Below are positions 23,109 to 34,915 of a stretch of DNA of 64,000 bases, piece after piece. The notes under the pieces are model-generated. The model worked only from the letters and a program-made list of their open reading frames with translations, searched no databases and had not been told where the DNA came from. How positions within the stretch are numbered: the stretch's first letter is position 1; the number at the start of each line of letters is the position of its first letter. Both the position numbers and the translations under genes were made by a program. Source of the stretch: an uncultured Pseudomonadales bacterium (GTDB lineage Bacteria; Pseudomonadota; Gammaproteobacteria; Pseudomonadales; CAZYQX01); contig CAZYQX010000006.1 in NCBI GenBank assembly GCA_964649985.1, positions 11,839 through 75,838 on the forward strand, given 5' to 3'.

Positions 23109-25439
23109 CTACGGTTCCCGCGCCACATGGTTCAACCACGCATAGCGATTCAAGCACGCCCAGAGCACCTCGAGTGTCACGGGCTTAACCAAGCATTCAT
23201 CCATCCCCACCGCCAGGCAGCGAAGCCGATAATCTTCCGTTGCATGTGCGGTTAGCGCGATTACAGGCAGGTGACCACTCAACTCTGCCGCGCGTATTCT
23301 GCGCGTGGCGTCCAGACCGTCCATCACCGGCATCTCGCAGTCCATGAGTACCAGATCCACCCGCGCATCCCCCTCCAACAGGCGCAAGGCTTCTGCACCA
23401 TCACAGGCACGTATGGCGGAATGCCCCAGCTTCTGTAACAAGCCACGCGTGACCAGCCAATTGATATCGTTATCCTCCGCCACCAGCACCCTCAGCCCAC
23501 CCACGACCTGGCGATCAGCGGCAAGCACCTCCGCCGCTTGCCCCCCAGCCGCTTGCGCTAGCACCAGAGGCACCCAGAAACTGAACGTACTCCCCGCGCC
23601 TAGCTGGCTACTTACGCCGATCTGCCCCCCCATTAACTCCACCAGCTGCCTGCAGATCGCCAATCCCAGCCCTGTGCCACCGAAACGACGCGCCGTCGAA
23701 GCATCTAACTGCTCAAAATGTTCAAACAGTTTGCGCTGGTTCTCCGGGCTGATGCCCATCCCGGTATCGGAAACGGCAAAGCACAAACGCCCGTTGTCCA
23801 CTGAAAGCCCAAGTGTGACCTGGCCTTGCTCGGTGTATTTGAAAGCGTTGCTCAGCAAGTTCACCAGCACTTGTCGCAACCGGTTCAGATCGCCCTCGAG
23901 CCACAGCGGCACATCAGTCGATCGCTCGATGAGCAAGCGCACGGGTTTTTCCTGGCTCTGGCTGAAGAAGAGCCGTCTCAGATCCTCCAGCAGCGCATCC
24001 ACCGAAAATGACTCGCGCACCAGATGCACACGACCACTTTCTATACTGGTGTAATCAGCGATATCGCTCACCACGTCCGCCAGCATCTGACCGGAACTAT
24101 TAATCATCTCCAAGTATTTGCGTTGCGTCGCATTCAATGGCGTGTCCCACAGCAATTGGGCCATACCCATCACACCATTCAAAGGGGTGCGAATTTCATG
24201 GCTCATCCGCGCCATGAAGTCACCTTTGATCTGGTGTTGCAGTACTGCCCGCAGGGCTTGTCGCTCACTCGCCACAGCCTGCTCGCGCATGGCCATGAAG
24301 CGATAGGCCAAGGTAATGGCAAACAACGCGATATTCAGTGAAAGCGCCAATTGAAACAGCAGCAACGTAAATTCAAGCCCAATCAGGGCATACACCCCAG
24401 CGGGCATCTGCAGCCAATTTAAGATTGACATAAGCAGGACTGAAGCGCCGAACAACCAGTGCTTCTCGCCCGAACGCTGTGCAGCACACCACCAGGCCCA
24501 CATCAGCGTGATGGCGATGGCCATACTATTGATCGCCACCGCCAGAAACGTCTGCAGCGCCAATGACATGAACGGCACCAACAGCAAAAACAACAACAGT
24601 AACCAACTCTCCACTTTCACCAACAGGTCAACCCGAGGAGCGCTCGCGGCGAGCCCGAGTACCACCCGCGCAAAGCGCAGATAAGAAATTCCGGATGCCG
24701 CCACCGCCAGAGAAATCGCCATCTGCTGAAAATCAGGTGAATCAGGCCACCAGCGATAGGCGTGGCCAAAGCCAATCAAGCCGGTGAGGTGCATTGAAAC
24801 CGCGTAGGCAAAAAACCATCCATACAACGCATCCCGTGCGAGCCCCCACGCTAACAGCGCCAACAGTGCCACACTCCAGACGATGCCACTCATGACGCCG
24901 CGCAAAATCTCCTGCCAATGCAGACGCTGCAGGTAGCCGGGCTCATCCGCCAGCAGAAGACCCAACCTGACCATGGATTCGCCTGACAGCTTCAAATACA
25001 TATGCGAGGCATCTGGCCCCGCCATGATGGGCAACACAAACCCGGGCGCAAGAATCGGGCGGTGCGCGTAAGGCAAGGTATCCCCCACCAGCCACAGTCG
25101 TTCGAAGCGCCCCCCGTGATCAACAAACAATTCAATGCGATCCAGCAGCGCATTGTTGATCACCAACAATCGCGTCTGAGACGCGCCGGCAGGCGGAATG
25201 CGGAAATACAACCAGACGGGGCCGCGGGTGAAACCCAGCTGCAGATAGCTCGCCGGTGTTGGCTTGAAGTGACCCTCGGCCTGAAGCCGAGCCACCTCAT
25301 CGACCTTCAGCCCCTTTAAGTCCTCATAGTACGACGCGGATGACAACACATCCTCAACCCGCCCAAGCGCCTCCGCGGCCCATGACGGGTAACAGATGAT
25401 GTAGAGCAACGGCCACAGGTACCACCTAGACCCCTTCAA
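23109..25439 (-). CDS. 7TM-DISM hybrid sensor kinase, copy 1 (start approximate)
   Basis: [20 protein letters not shown], 7TM region, [28 protein letters not shown]. Confidence 0.88.
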   Translation of the reverse strand: MKGSRWYLWPLLYIICYPSWAAEALGRVEDVLSSASYYEDLKGLKVDEVARLQAEGHFKPTPASYLQLGFTRGPVWLYFRIPPAGASQTRLLVINNALLDRIELFVDHGGRFERLWLVGDTLPYAHRPILAPGFVLPIMAGPDASHMYLKLSGESMVRLGLLLADEPGYLQRLHWQEILRGVMSGIVWSVALLALLAWGLARDALYGWFFAYAVSMHLTGLIGFGHAYRWWPDSPDFQQMAISLAVAASGISYLRFARVVLGLAASAPRVDLLVKVESWLLLLFLLLVPFMSLALQTFLAVAINSMAIAITLMWAWWCAAQRSGEKHWLFGASVLLMSILNWLQMPAGVYALIGLEFTLLLFQLALSLNIALFAITLAYRFMAMREQAVASERQALRAVLQHQIKGDFMARMSHEIRTPLNGVMGMAQLLWDTPLNATQRKYLEMINSSGQMLADVVSDIADYTSIESGRVHLVRESFSVDALLEDLRRLFFSQSQEKPVRLLIERSTDVPLWLEGDLNRLRQVLVNLLSNAFKYTEQGQVTLGLSVDNGRLCFAVSDTGMGISPENQRKLFEHFEQLDASTARRFGGTGLGLAICRQLVELMGGQIGVSSQLGAGSTFSFWVPLVLAQAAGGQAAEVLAADRQVVGGLRVLVAEDNDINWLVTRGLLQKLGHSAIRACDGAEALRLLEGDARVDLVLMDCEMPVMDGLDATRRIRAAELSGHLPVIALTAHATEDYRLRCLAVGMDECLVKPVTLEVLWACLNRYAWLNHVAREP

Positions 25440-25644
25440 AGCACCCCCCAGGCATGCATCCGAGCACCATATGCCGATGCTGCAGCTCAGCCACACGCGC
25501 TTCTAACACATTTATTCTAGCGCCGCCCAACAACACTGCCCGCACATCCTGCGAATGCGCAAATATCCCGCTAGAATTGCTGCAGCAGCGCCCCCATCTA
25601 GGCTAGGATGCTGCCCCCAGACCGTTAGCTCACGCAGGCCCGAC

Positions 25645-26688
25645 ATGACCGAACTCACCATTACTCGCCCCGACGATTGGCACGTGCACTTGCGCGATGG
25701 CGAGGCCCTGCTCGACACGGTGAACGACATCTCGCGCTATTTCGGCCGCGCCATCTGCATGCCGAACCTGACACCGCCGGTGACCACCGCCGACGAGGCG
25801 CTGGCCTATCGCGAGCGCATTCTGGCCGCCCTCAAGCGCGCGCCCGAGGCGCACCACGGTTTTCAGCCCTTGCTGGTGCTGTACCTGACCGACCTCACCA
25901 GCCCGGAGGAAATCCGCCGCGCCGCCGCCACTGGCCATGTGTACGCCGCCAAGCTCTACCCGGCCGGCGCCACCACCAACTCGGCCGCCGGCGTCACCGC
26001 CATCGACAAGATCTACCCGGCACTGGAGGCCATGCAGGCCTGCGGCATGCCACTGTTGCTGCATGGCGAGGTGACTGACGCGGCCATCGACATCTTCGAC
26101 CGCGAAAAGAGCTTCATCGACCGCATCCTCAGCGACCTGGTGCAGCGCTTCCCGGCCCTGAAGATCGTGCTGGAGCACATCACCACCGGCGATGCCGTAG
26201 ATTTCGTGCGCAGTGCCCGCGAGGGCGTGGGGGCCACCATCACCGCCCACCACCTGCTCTACAACCGCAACCACATGCTGGTGGGCGGCATCCGCCCGCA
26301 CTACTACTGCCTGCCGATCCTCAAGCGCCGCGACCACCAGGAAGCGCTGATCCAGGCCGCCATCAGCGGCAATCCCAAGTTTTTCCTGGGCACCGACTCC
26401 GCGCCCCACGCCAAACACGCCAAGGAAGCCGCCTGCGGCTGCGCCGGCAGCTACACTGCCCACGCCGCCATCGAGCTGTACGCCGAGGCCTTCGAGCGTG
26501 CCGGCGCACTGGACAAGCTGGAAGGCTTCGCCAGCCACTTCGGCCCCGACTTCTACGGCCTGCCGCGCAACGCCGACCGCATCACCCTGCGCAAGGCCCC
26601 CTGGGAGGTACCGCAAACGCTCACCCTGGGCGACCATCCGCTGGTGCCCCTGTGCGCCGGTGAGACCCTGCAGTGGCAGGTGGTGTGA
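25645..26688 (+). CDS. pyrC: Dihydroorotase (type II)
   Basis: [29 protein letters not shown]. Confidence 0.97.
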   Translation: MTELTITRPDDWHVHLRDGEALLDTVNDISRYFGRAICMPNLTPPVTTADEALAYRERILAALKRAPEAHHGFQPLLVLYLTDLTSPEEIRRAAATGHVYAAKLYPAGATTNSAAGVTAIDKIYPALEAMQACGMPLLLHGEVTDAAIDIFDREKSFIDRILSDLVQRFPALKIVLEHITTGDAVDFVRSAREGVGATITAHHLLYNRNHMLVGGIRPHYYCLPILKRRDHQEALIQAAISGNPKFFLGTDSAPHAKHAKEAACGCAGSYTAHAAIELYAEAFERAGALDKLEGFASHFGPDFYGLPRNADRITLRKAPWEVPQTLTLGDHPLVPLCAGETLQWQVV

Positions 26689-27374
26689 TGAGCGAACCCC
26701 TGACCATGGCCGAGGCCGAGGCCTATCTCGACCCGGATCAGAAGAGCCCCCTGGCACGGCGCTTCCGTGGCTTTCTGCCGGTGGTGGTGGATGTGGAAAC
26801 CGGCGGATTCAACGCACGCACCGACGCCATCCTGGAAGTGGCCGCCACCACCCTCAATATGGGCGAGGATGGCATCTTAGTGCCAGATCAACACTTTGAG
26901 TTCCACATCGCCCCCTTCCCGGGTGCCAACGTGGAACAGGCGGCACTCGATTTCACCGGCATCGATCCCTACAGCCCGGATCGGGAAGCCGAAGCCGAGA
27001 GCGAGGCCTTCACCAAGCTGTTCCGCGAGGTGCGCCACGCGGTGCGCCAGCACGGCTGCACCCGGGCCATCCTGGTGGGCCACAATGCCAGCTTTGACCT
27101 GGGCTTTCTGAACGCGGCGGCGGAGCGCGCCAACATCAAGCGCAACCCCTTCCACCCCTTCAGCGCCTTCGACACCGCCAGCCTGGCCGCCTTGGCCTAC
27201 GGCCAAACGGTGCTGGCCAAGGCCTGCAAGACCGCCGGCATGGAGTTCGACGCGCGCCAGGCCCACAGTGCCGCCTACGACGCGCAGAAAACCGCCGAGC
27301 TGTTCTGCGGCATCGTCAACCGCTGGCGCGAGTTGGGGGGCTGGCCGCTGCCACCGCCCCCCGCCAAGGCCTGA
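26688..27374 (+). CDS. rnt: Ribonuclease T
   Basis: [38 protein letters not shown]; TGATG coupling to pyrC. Confidence 0.96.
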   Translation: MSEPLTMAEAEAYLDPDQKSPLARRFRGFLPVVVDVETGGFNARTDAILEVAATTLNMGEDGILVPDQHFEFHIAPFPGANVEQAALDFTGIDPYSPDREAEAESEAFTKLFREVRHAVRQHGCTRAILVGHNASFDLGFLNAAAERANIKRNPFHPFSAFDTASLAALAYGQTVLAKACKTAGMEFDARQAHSAAYDAQKTAELFCGIVNRWRELGGWPLPPPPAKA

Positions 27375-27394
27375 GCGACTCAGATGCACAAACA

Positions 27395-27421
27395 AAAACG
27401 GGCGCCATCGGCGCCCGTTTT
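27395..27421. terminator. Bidirectional terminator between rnt and acs
   Basis: AAAACGGGCGCC-atc-GGCGCCCGTTTT. Confidence 0.85.
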
Positions 27422-27434
27422 GCGTTAGCTCGGC

Positions 27435-29372
27435 TCAGGTATTCAGGCGGTGTGCAATCAGGCTGTCCACTACACTGGGGTCGGCCAGGGTGGAGGTATC
27501 ACCCAGCGTATCCAGCTCGTTGCAGGCGATCTTGCGCAGGATGCGGCGCATGATCTTGCCCGAACGGGTCTTCGGCAGGCCGGGCGCGAACTGCAGCAGG
27601 TCGGGCTTGGCGATCGGGCTGATCTCCTGGGAGACGAACTCGCGCAGTTCCGCCGCCAGGGCGGAAGAGGCTTCCACGCCATGCATCAGGGTGACGAACA
27701 CGTAGATGCCCTGGCCCTTGATGTTGTGTGGATAGCCCACCACACCGGCCTCGGCCACCGCCGGGTGCAGCACCAGCGCCGACTCGATTTCGGCCGTGCC
27801 CAGGCGGTGACCCGACACGTTGAGCACGTCATCCACCCGGCCGGTGATCCAGTAGTAGCCATCCTCATCGCGGCGGGCACCATCGCCGGTAAAATACATG
27901 CCCGGGTAGGTGCTGAAGTAAGTCTGCACCATGCGGGCGTGATCGCCGTAGACGGTGCGGATCTGGCTGGGCCAGCTGCTGGTGATCACCAGGTTGCCTT
28001 CGCAGGCGCCCTCCAACAGCTTGCCGTCGTTGTCGACGATGGCGGGCTGCACGCCGAAGAAGGGGCGTGTGGCCGAGCCGGGCTTCAGCGCCGTGGCGCC
28101 CGGCAGCGGGGTGATCAATACCGAGCCGGTCTCGGTCTGCCACCAGGTGTCGACAATCGGGCAGCGCTCCTCACCCACCACCTTGTGATACCACTCCCAG
28201 GCCTCGGGGTTGATGGGCTCCCCCACGCTACCCAGCAGGCGCAAGCTGCTGCGGGAGGTGTTGCGGACAAACTCGTCCCCCTGCGCCATCAGGGCGCGAA
28301 TGGCGGTGGGCGCGGTGTAGAAGATGTTCACCTGGTGCTTGTCGATCACCTGCCAGAAGCGCGACGCATCCGGATAGGTGGGCACACCCTCGAACATCAG
28401 CGTGGTGGCGCCATTGGCCAGGGGGCCGTACAGGATGTAGCTGTGGCCGGTGATCCAGCCCACATCGGCGGTGCACCAGTAAATCTCGCCCGGGCGATAG
28501 TCGAACACGTAATGGTGGGTCATCGCCGCGCCCAGCAGGTAGCCTGCCGTGGTGTGCAGCACCCCCTTGGGCTTGCCGGTGGAGCCGGAGGTGTAGAGAA
28601 TGAACAGCGGGTCTTCGCTGTCCATGGGCTCGGCCGGGCAGTCACTGCCCACATGCGCCACCGCCTCGTGATACCACACATCGCGCTTGGGGTCCCAGGC
28701 CACCGGGTGGCCGGTGCGGCGCACCACCAGCAGGGTGTGCACATTGGGGCACTGGCCCAGGGCCATATCGGCATTGGCCTTGAGCGGCACCTGGCGGCCA
28801 CCGCGCACGCCCTCATCGGAGGTGATCACCACCTGGCAGTCAGAGTCAAGAATGCGATCTTTCAATGCGTCCGGCGAGAAGCCGCCAAACACCACCGAGT
28901 GAATGGCGCCGATGCGGGCGCAGGCCAGCATGGCGTACGCGGCCTCGGGGATCATCGGCATGTAGATGCACACCCGATCGCCCCTCTTCACACCGCGTGC
29001 CTTCAGCACATTGGCCAATCGGCACACCTGTTCGTGTAGCTGGCCATAGGTGATGTGGGCCTGCTGGGAGGGTTCGTCGCCCTCCCAGATGATGGCCACA
29101 TCCTGGGCGCGGGCCGGCAAATGGCGGTCGATACAGTTTTCGGTGATATTGAGCTGGCCGCCGTCGAACCAACGCGCCTCGCCCTGGCTGAAATCGAACT
29201 GGCACACGCTGTCGAAGGGTTTACGCCAGCTGAGGAAGCTGTTGGCCTGCTCCGCCCAGAAAGCCTCAGGCGCCTCAATGGAGCGCCGGTACATGGCGTG
29301 GTACTGTTCGTCAGTCAGGTAAGTGGCGTGCTTGACGTGCTCGGGAACGGGATAGAGCTTGGCGTCGGCCAT
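27435..29372 (-). CDS. acs: Acetyl-CoA synthetase
   Basis: [30 protein letters not shown]. Confidence 0.97.
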   Translation of the reverse strand: MADAKLYPVPEHVKHATYLTDEQYHAMYRRSIEAPEAFWAEQANSFLSWRKPFDSVCQFDFSQGEARWFDGGQLNITENCIDRHLPARAQDVAIIWEGDEPSQQAHITYGQLHEQVCRLANVLKARGVKRGDRVCIYMPMIPEAAYAMLACARIGAIHSVVFGGFSPDALKDRILDSDCQVVITSDEGVRGGRQVPLKANADMALGQCPNVHTLLVVRRTGHPVAWDPKRDVWYHEAVAHVGSDCPAEPMDSEDPLFILYTSGSTGKPKGVLHTTAGYLLGAAMTHHYVFDYRPGEIYWCTADVGWITGHSYILYGPLANGATTLMFEGVPTYPDASRFWQVIDKHQVNIFYTAPTAIRALMAQGDEFVRNTSRSSLRLLGSVGEPINPEAWEWYHKVVGEERCPIVDTWWQTETGSVLITPLPGATALKPGSATRPFFGVQPAIVDNDGKLLEGACEGNLVITSSWPSQIRTVYGDHARMVQTYFSTYPGMYFTGDGARRDEDGYYWITGRVDDVLNVSGHRLGTAEIESALVLHPAVAEAGVVGYPHNIKGQGIYVFVTLMHGVEASSALAAELREFVSQEISPIAKPDLLQFAPGLPKTRSGKIMRRILRKIACNELDTLGDTSTLADPSVVDSLIAHRLNT

Positions 29373-29585
29373 GGGCGATCCTTGTGCAATCTTATTCGGC
29401 AAAAACAGGCACAAAGGATAGCGTGTTAGGGCGACAACTGCACGACCCTGCAGCAGGACAGTGGCACAGGCATGAAAAGTCCCTTCAGTGAAGTGATTCG
29501 TCCTTCACCTGGCGCGCGAGAATGGCATCAGAGGGAGCTTTACCCGCCCCCCTGGAGGGAGGCGGGCAACAGACGATCAGGCGAC

Positions 29586-29966
29586 TCAGGCCACCTGAAC
29601 CGGGATCGCGTTGGCCGCGTGATCCACGGTGTTGTCCGGGTTCATGTAGATCAGGCGAGGCTTGAAGTTGATCAGTTCAGCCGCCGTGTACATGGCATAG
29701 GCGCAGATGATGAGGATATCGCCCTCACCCGCTTTGTGCGCCGCCGCACCGTTCACGGAGATGATGCCCGAGCCCTCTTCACCGCGAATCGCGTAGGTGG
29801 TGAAGCGCTGGCCATTGCTCACGTTGTAGATCTGGATCTGCTCGTACTCCTGGATGCCCGACATATCCAGCAGGCGGCCGTCGATGGCGCAGGAGCCTTC
29901 GTAATCCAGCACCGCATGGGTTACCACAGCGCGATGGAGTTTGGCTTTGAGCATGATGCTGTGCAT
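29586..29966 (-). CDS. panD: Aspartate 1-decarboxylase
   Basis: [14 protein letters not shown] cleavage site, NGAAAH. Confidence 0.97.
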   Translation of the reverse strand: MHSIMLKAKLHRAVVTHAVLDYEGSCAIDGRLLDMSGIQEYEQIQIYNVSNGQRFTTYAIRGEEGSGIISVNGAAAHKAGEGDILIICAYAMYTAAELINFKPRLIYMNPDNTVDHAANAIPVQVA

Positions 29967-29994
29967 GGTACTAGCCTCCAGGGACAGCCAAGAA

Positions 29995-30855
29995 TCAGTG
30001 GGACTCGCTCAACACCACGGGCACGTTGTCGATCAGACGCGCGCGACCCAGAAATGCTGCAGCAAGAATAATCATATCAGTATCATACGGGCGCGCCTCG
30101 TCCAAGGTCTTGGCCTGGCGCACACTGAAGTAATCCCGGCGGAACCCTGCCTGCTCCAGCTGCTGCTGGGCTTCGTCCTCGATGGCCTTGAAATCCCTGC
30201 GGCCAGCCTTCAACTGCTCCACCGCCCAGTTCAGGCTGCGGTACAACTGCGGCGCCACCGCACGCTCGGCTTCACTCAGATAGCCATTGCGGGAACTCAG
30301 CGCCAAGCCATCCGCCGCGCGCGCAATGGGCGCAGGCGTGATGGTGATGGGAATGCACAGATCTTCCACCATGCGGCGGATCACCGCCAGCTGCTGGTAG
30401 TCTTTCAGGCCGAACACCGCCTCGTCCGGCTGCACGATGTTGAACAGCTTGCTCACCACCGTGGTCACACCCCGGAAGTGACCAGGGCGGCTGGCACCGC
30501 ACAGCACGTCGGTCATCACCGGCACTTCCACCACCGTCTGGTGCTTCATGCCGTTGGGGTACATCTCCTGCTCCTCGGGGCAGAACAGGTAGTCCACCCC
30601 GGCGGCCACCAGGCGCGCCATGTCTTCTTCCAGGGTGCGGGGATACTGGGACCAGTCTTCGTTAAGCGCAAATTGCAGCGGGTTGACGAAGATCGACACC
30701 ACCACCACATCGCAATTCTGCTGCGCCAGCGTCACCAGCTCCAGGTGGCCGTCGTGCAGATTGCCCATGGTGGGCACAAAGCCAATGCGCTTGCCAGCCA
30801 GACGCTCGGCATTGAGCGCGGCGCGAATCTCCAGAAAGCGCTGAAATACCTGCAT
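29995..30855 (-). CDS. panC: Pantoate-beta-alanine ligase
   Basis: [39 protein letters not shown]. Confidence 0.97.
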   Translation of the reverse strand: MQVFQRFLEIRAALNAERLAGKRIGFVPTMGNLHDGHLELVTLAQQNCDVVVVSIFVNPLQFALNEDWSQYPRTLEEDMARLVAAGVDYLFCPEEQEMYPNGMKHQTVVEVPVMTDVLCGASRPGHFRGVTTVVSKLFNIVQPDEAVFGLKDYQQLAVIRRMVEDLCIPITITPAPIARAADGLALSSRNGYLSEAERAVAPQLYRSLNWAVEQLKAGRRDFKAIEDEAQQQLEQAGFRRDYFSVRQAKTLDEARPYDTDMIILAAAFLGRARLIDNVPVVLSESH

Positions 30856-30997
30856 CGACCTCAACCCCACAAAGCACCCGTTGGCTGGCGCGAGTTTACA
30901 CGCCACACCCGGCACTGCCAATCAAGCTTTGGCGCACGAAAAACATGCATTTGTTACACCTCAGGGTATTGCCGAAACGGCCATCCCTGCGGTGGGC

Positions 30998-31789
30998 CTA
31001 CTTGAACGAGTGCTCCGGCCCCGGAAAAATACCCGCCTTCACCTCGGCTACATAGGCCTCCAGGGCCAGCTTGATCTCCCCGGTCTCGGCCAGATAGTTC
31101 TTGGAGAACTTCGGCGAGCGCGGCGAAAGCCCCAGCAGGTCATACACCACCAACACCTGGGCATCGGTGTCGGCGCCGGCGCCTATCCCCACCACCGGGA
31201 TGCGCAACTGGCGGGTGACTTCCGCCGCCAGGCTGGAGGGCACACACTCCAGCACCAGCATGTCGGCCCCCGCGGCCTCCAGTGCCTTGGCGTCCTCGAT
31301 AATGGCCTGGGCCTGATCGGAACCGCGCCCCTGCACCTTAAAACCACCCAATTTGTTCACCGACTGCGGAGTCAAGCCCAGGTGGGCACACACCGGCACC
31401 CCGTTCTGGGCCAGCCGGGTGTAGGTTTCGCACAGCCAGCTGCCGCCTTCGAGCTTCACCATATGCGCCCCGGCCTGCATCAGCCGGGCCGCATTTTCCA
31501 GCGCCTGCTGGGGGGTGTGGTAGGCCATGAAGGGCATATCGGCCACGATCAGCGAGCGCGGCCCGCCGCGCTTGACGCACGCCGTGTGGTAGGCCATTTC
31601 CTCCACCGACACCGGCACCGTGCTGTCGTGCCCCTGGATCACGTTGCCCAGGGAATCCCCCACCAGAATCACCTCGACCCCAGCATCGGAAGCCAGGCGC
31701 GCAAACGAGGCGTCATAGGCGGTGACCACAGCGAATTTGTCGCCATTGGCCTTCATTTGCCCGAGTGTACTGAGCGTGACGGTTTTCAT
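30998..31789 (-). CDS. panB: 3-methyl-2-oxobutanoate hydroxymethyltransferase
   Basis: [33 protein letters not shown]. Confidence 0.97.
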   Translation of the reverse strand: MKTVTLSTLGQMKANGDKFAVVTAYDASFARLASDAGVEVILVGDSLGNVIQGHDSTVPVSVEEMAYHTACVKRGGPRSLIVADMPFMAYHTPQQALENAARLMQAGAHMVKLEGGSWLCETYTRLAQNGVPVCAHLGLTPQSVNKLGGFKVQGRGSDQAQAIIEDAKALEAAGADMLVLECVPSSLAAEVTRQLRIPVVGIGAGADTDAQVLVVYDLLGLSPRSPKFSKNYLAETGEIKLALEAYVAEVKAGIFPGPEHSFK

Positions 31790-32457
31790 CGCGGTGATTG
31801 TCCCGGGTTGAAGTAGTGGCGGCCATGCTCGATGGTCAGCAGATAATCGAGCAACTGGCGATAATCATCATCGCAGTGCGCAAAATCTATGCGCTCAGCA
31901 TTCACGATCAACAATGGCGCGCCTTCATAGTAGTGAAACAGACGTGCATAGGCATCGTTCAGCTGCTCCAGGTAAGCGCGCTCTATACTGCGCTCAGCCT
32001 CAGACCCGCGCTCTCGGATGCGCTCGAACAACACATCCACCGGCGCCTGCAAATAGACCACCAGATCAGGGCGCGCTGCCTCAGGGGCAATTTTAGCGTA
32101 GATCTCTTCATACAGCGCCAGCTCGTCGGACGGCAACAGTACCTGGGCGAACAGGCGGTCCTTTTCCAGCAGGAAGTCGGAGACCAGGCCCGGCCCCGAC
32201 GCCGACTCGGCCAGCGCTTTCAACTGGCGCGCCCGCTGCAGCAGAAAAAACAGCTGTGTCTGCAGGCCAAACAGCGGCTTGTGGCGGTAAAAGCGCTCCA
32301 GGAAGGGGTTTTCCTCAGCACGCTCTCGCAACAGAGGCAACTGCAGGCTATCCGCCAGGCGCCGCGCCAGGGTGGTCTTGCCCACCCCGATAGGCCCCTC
32401 GATGGCGATATACCGTGGACGGATACAGCTCGGCTCCATCATCTCGCTCTCGTTCAT
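31786..32457 (-). CDS. Deoxynucleoside kinase (dNK family; start approximate)
   Basis: [14 protein letters not shown]-loop, [15 protein letters not shown], RGxxxE. Confidence 0.9.
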   Translation of the reverse strand: MNESEMMEPSCIRPRYIAIEGPIGVGKTTLARRLADSLQLPLLRERAEENPFLERFYRHKPLFGLQTQLFFLLQRARQLKALAESASGPGLVSDFLLEKDRLFAQVLLPSDELALYEEIYAKIAPEAARPDLVVYLQAPVDVLFERIRERGSEAERSIERAYLEQLNDAYARLFHYYEGAPLLIVNAERIDFAHCDDDYRQLLDYLLTIEHGRHYFNPGQSPR

Positions 32458-32592
32458 GCGGCTCCGGGCCCCAAGCCCCTGCGCCTTCTTACGACATCGC
32501 TGCAGGCTAGCCATACGCAGCGCGGTTATCCGCTTTTCATACCCTGGGAGAGCATGGCCCCCCGCACAGGCTCACACGCCTGCACGGAGGCC

Positions 32593-33093
32593 TCAACCGC
32601 CCCCGGCCTCGCCCTCCGCCAGCCGCACCAGCCCATCCCAACCACTGCTCTCCGCCACGGGCGACAGCGGTCGCCCGTCAGGCATGCAGATAGCGGGGGC
32701 GATCTCAACCAGCGGCTGCAACACAAAGTTGCGCACCAGCATCTGAGGGTGCGGCACGGTGAGCCTGGCGCTGTTGATGCACTGGTCACCATACAACAAC
32801 ACATCTAGATCGAGGGTGCGCGCGCCCCACCGCACCAGGCGCTCACGCCCCTGGCCATGCTCAATGCCTTGCAGAGCATCCAGTAGAGCTTCAGGTGCAA
32901 GGGAGGTATCCAGGCGCGCCACGGCATTCAGATAATCGGGTTGATCACCCGGCCCAATGGCGCGGCTGCGGTAGAAGGACGACACCGCTACAAGCCGGCA
33001 TTCAGGCAACACCGCCATAGCGTCTAGCGCCGCGCGCAGCTGCTGGGCGGGTTCCCCCAAATTGCCCCCCAGCCCGATATAGGCCGGAACCAC
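32593..33093 (-). CDS. folK: 2-amino-4-hydroxy-6-hydroxymethyldihydropteridine pyrophosphokinase
   Basis: AYIGLGGNLG, QPDYLNAV, RWGARTLDLD, LTVPHP. Confidence 0.96.
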   Translation of the reverse strand: MVPAYIGLGGNLGEPAQQLRAALDAMAVLPECRLVAVSSFYRSRAIGPGDQPDYLNAVARLDTSLAPEALLDALQGIEHGQGRERLVRWGARTLDLDVLLYGDQCINSARLTVPHPQMLVRNFVLQPLVEIAPAICMPDGRPLSPVAESSGWDGLVRLAEGEAGGG

Positions 33094-34499
33094 TAGGCTG
33101 GCCCGTTGCTATAGCGACGGTTGCGCCGCCGGGGCCGGCGCTTGCGAGCAGCGCCCTCACCACGTTCGGCATCCCGCGCCGCATGCATCAGCTGCTCGCG
33201 ATTTTCTGGCGCCCCGCGCTGGTACTCGGTCCACCACTTGCCGAGGCCACCGGTATTCTCACCGGCCGCTTCGCGCAGCAGCAGGAAATCATAGGCCGCA
33301 CGAAAGCGCGGGTGGGCAAACGTAGCCTCCGCACGTGCGCCCTGGCGGCGCGGCAAGCGCGGTTGCAGCTCCCAGATTTCCCGCAGCGGGATGGAGAAGC
33401 GCTTGGGAATGGTAACGAAGTCGCCCTGATCCAGCAGCACTTCGTGGGCCGCACGCTGGAAGGCCACAGCGGGTGCATCACCCTCGGCCTCGAAGCGCTT
33501 GCACAGGCGTTGCTGGGCAGGCCACAGCAGCGCGGCATACAGGAAGGCCGGGGTGACCGACTTGCCCTGGTGGATGCGCTCATCCGTGTTGCGCAGGGCC
33601 GCCTGGATAATGCCCAGTCCGTAAGGGTCGCCCTCGCGGATGGCCGCCTCGGTCATCGGGAACAACGGCTCAAACAGGCCGTATTGGCGCATCAGCGCAA
33701 AGGTTTCCACCCCGTGCCCGCACATCAACAGTTTGATCACCTCATCAAACATGCGTGCGGCGGCCACATCTTGCAGCAACTCAGCCAAACGGGGTATCGG
33801 CTCGGCGGTGGTGGGTGCCAGGGCAAAATCCAGCTTGGCGGCAAAGCGCACCGCCCGCAGCATCCGCACCGGGTCTTCACGGTAGCGCCGCTCGGGGTCA
33901 CCGATGATGCGCAACACGCGATTGCGCAGATCGTCCATGCCGTTGGCGAAATCGTGCACGGTGAAGTCCTTCACCGTGTAGTACAGCGCGTTGACGGTGA
34001 AATCGCGCCGGATGGCGTCTTCCTCCACCGTGCCATAAACGTTGTCGCGCAGCAGCATACCGCTCTCGGAAGCGGCGGCGGACTGGCCGCTCTTGCGGTC
34101 CTCGAACTCCTCAATCTCTTCCGCCGGGCCGTGATTGCCGCGAAAGGTGGTCACCTCGATGGTCTCAGCCCCACACATCACATGCACGATGCGAAAGCGC
34201 CGGCCGATGATGCGCGAGCGGCGGAACAACCCACGCACCTCTTCCGGGGTGGCGTTGGTGGCCACGTCGAAATCCTTGGGGTGTTTGCCCAACAGGAGGT
34301 CACGCACGCCACCGCCCACCAGATAGGCCTCGAAACCGCCTTTCTGCAGGCCGTAGAGCACATCCAGTGCGCCCCGGCTGATGTGCTTGCGGGAGATGGG
34401 GTGCTCGTCGCGCGACAGCACACGGCGCTGGGGCAACGGTTCGCTGCGACCACCGGAGAAAGGCAGGCGTTCGCTAAGATTTTTAAGCCATTTCAGCAT
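33093..34499 (-). CDS. pcnB: Poly(A) polymerase I
   Basis: LVGGGVRDLLLG, KDFDVAT, GRRFRIVHV, RRDFTVNAL, EDPVRMLRA, RFRAAYDFLLLR. Confidence 0.97.
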   Translation of the reverse strand: MLKWLKNLSERLPFSGGRSEPLPQRRVLSRDEHPISRKHISRGALDVLYGLQKGGFEAYLVGGGVRDLLLGKHPKDFDVATNATPEEVRGLFRRSRIIGRRFRIVHVMCGAETIEVTTFRGNHGPAEEIEEFEDRKSGQSAAASESGMLLRDNVYGTVEEDAIRRDFTVNALYYTVKDFTVHDFANGMDDLRNRVLRIIGDPERRYREDPVRMLRAVRFAAKLDFALAPTTAEPIPRLAELLQDVAAARMFDEVIKLLMCGHGVETFALMRQYGLFEPLFPMTEAAIREGDPYGLGIIQAALRNTDERIHQGKSVTPAFLYAALLWPAQQRLCKRFEAEGDAPAVAFQRAAHEVLLDQGDFVTIPKRFSIPLREIWELQPRLPRRQGARAEATFAHPRFRAAYDFLLLREAAGENTGGLGKWWTEYQRGAPENREQLMHAARDAERGEGAARKRRPRRRNRRYSNGPA

Positions 34500-34616
34500 G
34501 CGGCGCGACGAGGCATCCCTGGATCAGAGTGGTGACGGATTAAAATCCGCCCAAGTCTACCACAACGCCACCCCACACCGCATAGACCACCTACCGCGCA
34601 GGCCCAGGCCTGCGTC

Positions 34617-34813
34617 GAAAGACCGGGGGCGACCGCCCCCATCCATGCCTTGTGAGTTCTTCTTGTGCTGGAGAATCTTATTATTGTTGAGGTCGTTTTT
34701 ATTCTTTATTGTCGTTTTTGGCGGGTTATCAAGGAACCGCTTCTTCTTGTTTTGCTGTCAACCCGATTTTTATTCTTATTGGGCTGATGCGCTGTTATTT
34801 TTATGCTTGCGCG
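34617..34813 (-). ncRNA. CrcZ-like Hfq/Crc-sequestering small RNA (ends estimated)
   Basis: Six AANAANAA clusters (34657-64, 34678-88, 34696-706, 34741-51, 34767-80, 34795-802), sigma-54 promoter upstream, terminator downstream, directly upstream of pcnB. Confidence 0.78.
34625..34640 (-). terminator. Hairpin terminating the CrcZ-like RNA
   Basis: Minus strand GGGGGC-ggtc-GCCCCC then GGTCTTT; second hairpin CGCAGGC/GCCTGCG at 34597-34614. Confidence 0.55.
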
Positions 34814-34823
34814 AAATAATCAA

Positions 34824-34840
34824 AGCACGCCCCATGCCAA
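34824..34840 (-). promoter_or_regulatory. Sigma-54 (-24/-12) promoter
   Basis: Minus strand TTGGCATGGGGCGTGCT: GG and GC separated by exactly 10 nt. Confidence 0.8.
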
Positions 34841-34915
34841 CACACCCCACCCCCTGAAAGATCAGCACCTTAGCGTTTGTCAAGTTAGATTTTAGCAGCC
34901 GGCAGCACGCACAAC

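Noticed and set aside
25630-26757. 375-aa minus-strand ORF
   Set aside because: Antisense shadow of pyrC
27450-29039. 529-aa plus-strand ORF
   Set aside because: Antisense shadow of acs
29373-29400. CA motif in the acs leader
   Set aside because: AATAAGAT misses the AANAANAA consensus; left unclaimed
31798-34535. 336-aa and 450-aa plus-strand ORFs
   Set aside because: Antisense shadows of the dNK/folK region and pcnB
34617-34813. CsrB/RsmZ interpretation of the sRNA
   Set aside because: GGA loop motifs are scarce; AANAANAA motifs dominate
34381-34857. 158-aa plus-strand ORF with a Phe/Leu-rich stretch
   Set aside because: The hydrophobic run is just the T-rich complement of the A-rich sRNA motifs, and the ORF overlaps pcnB antisense
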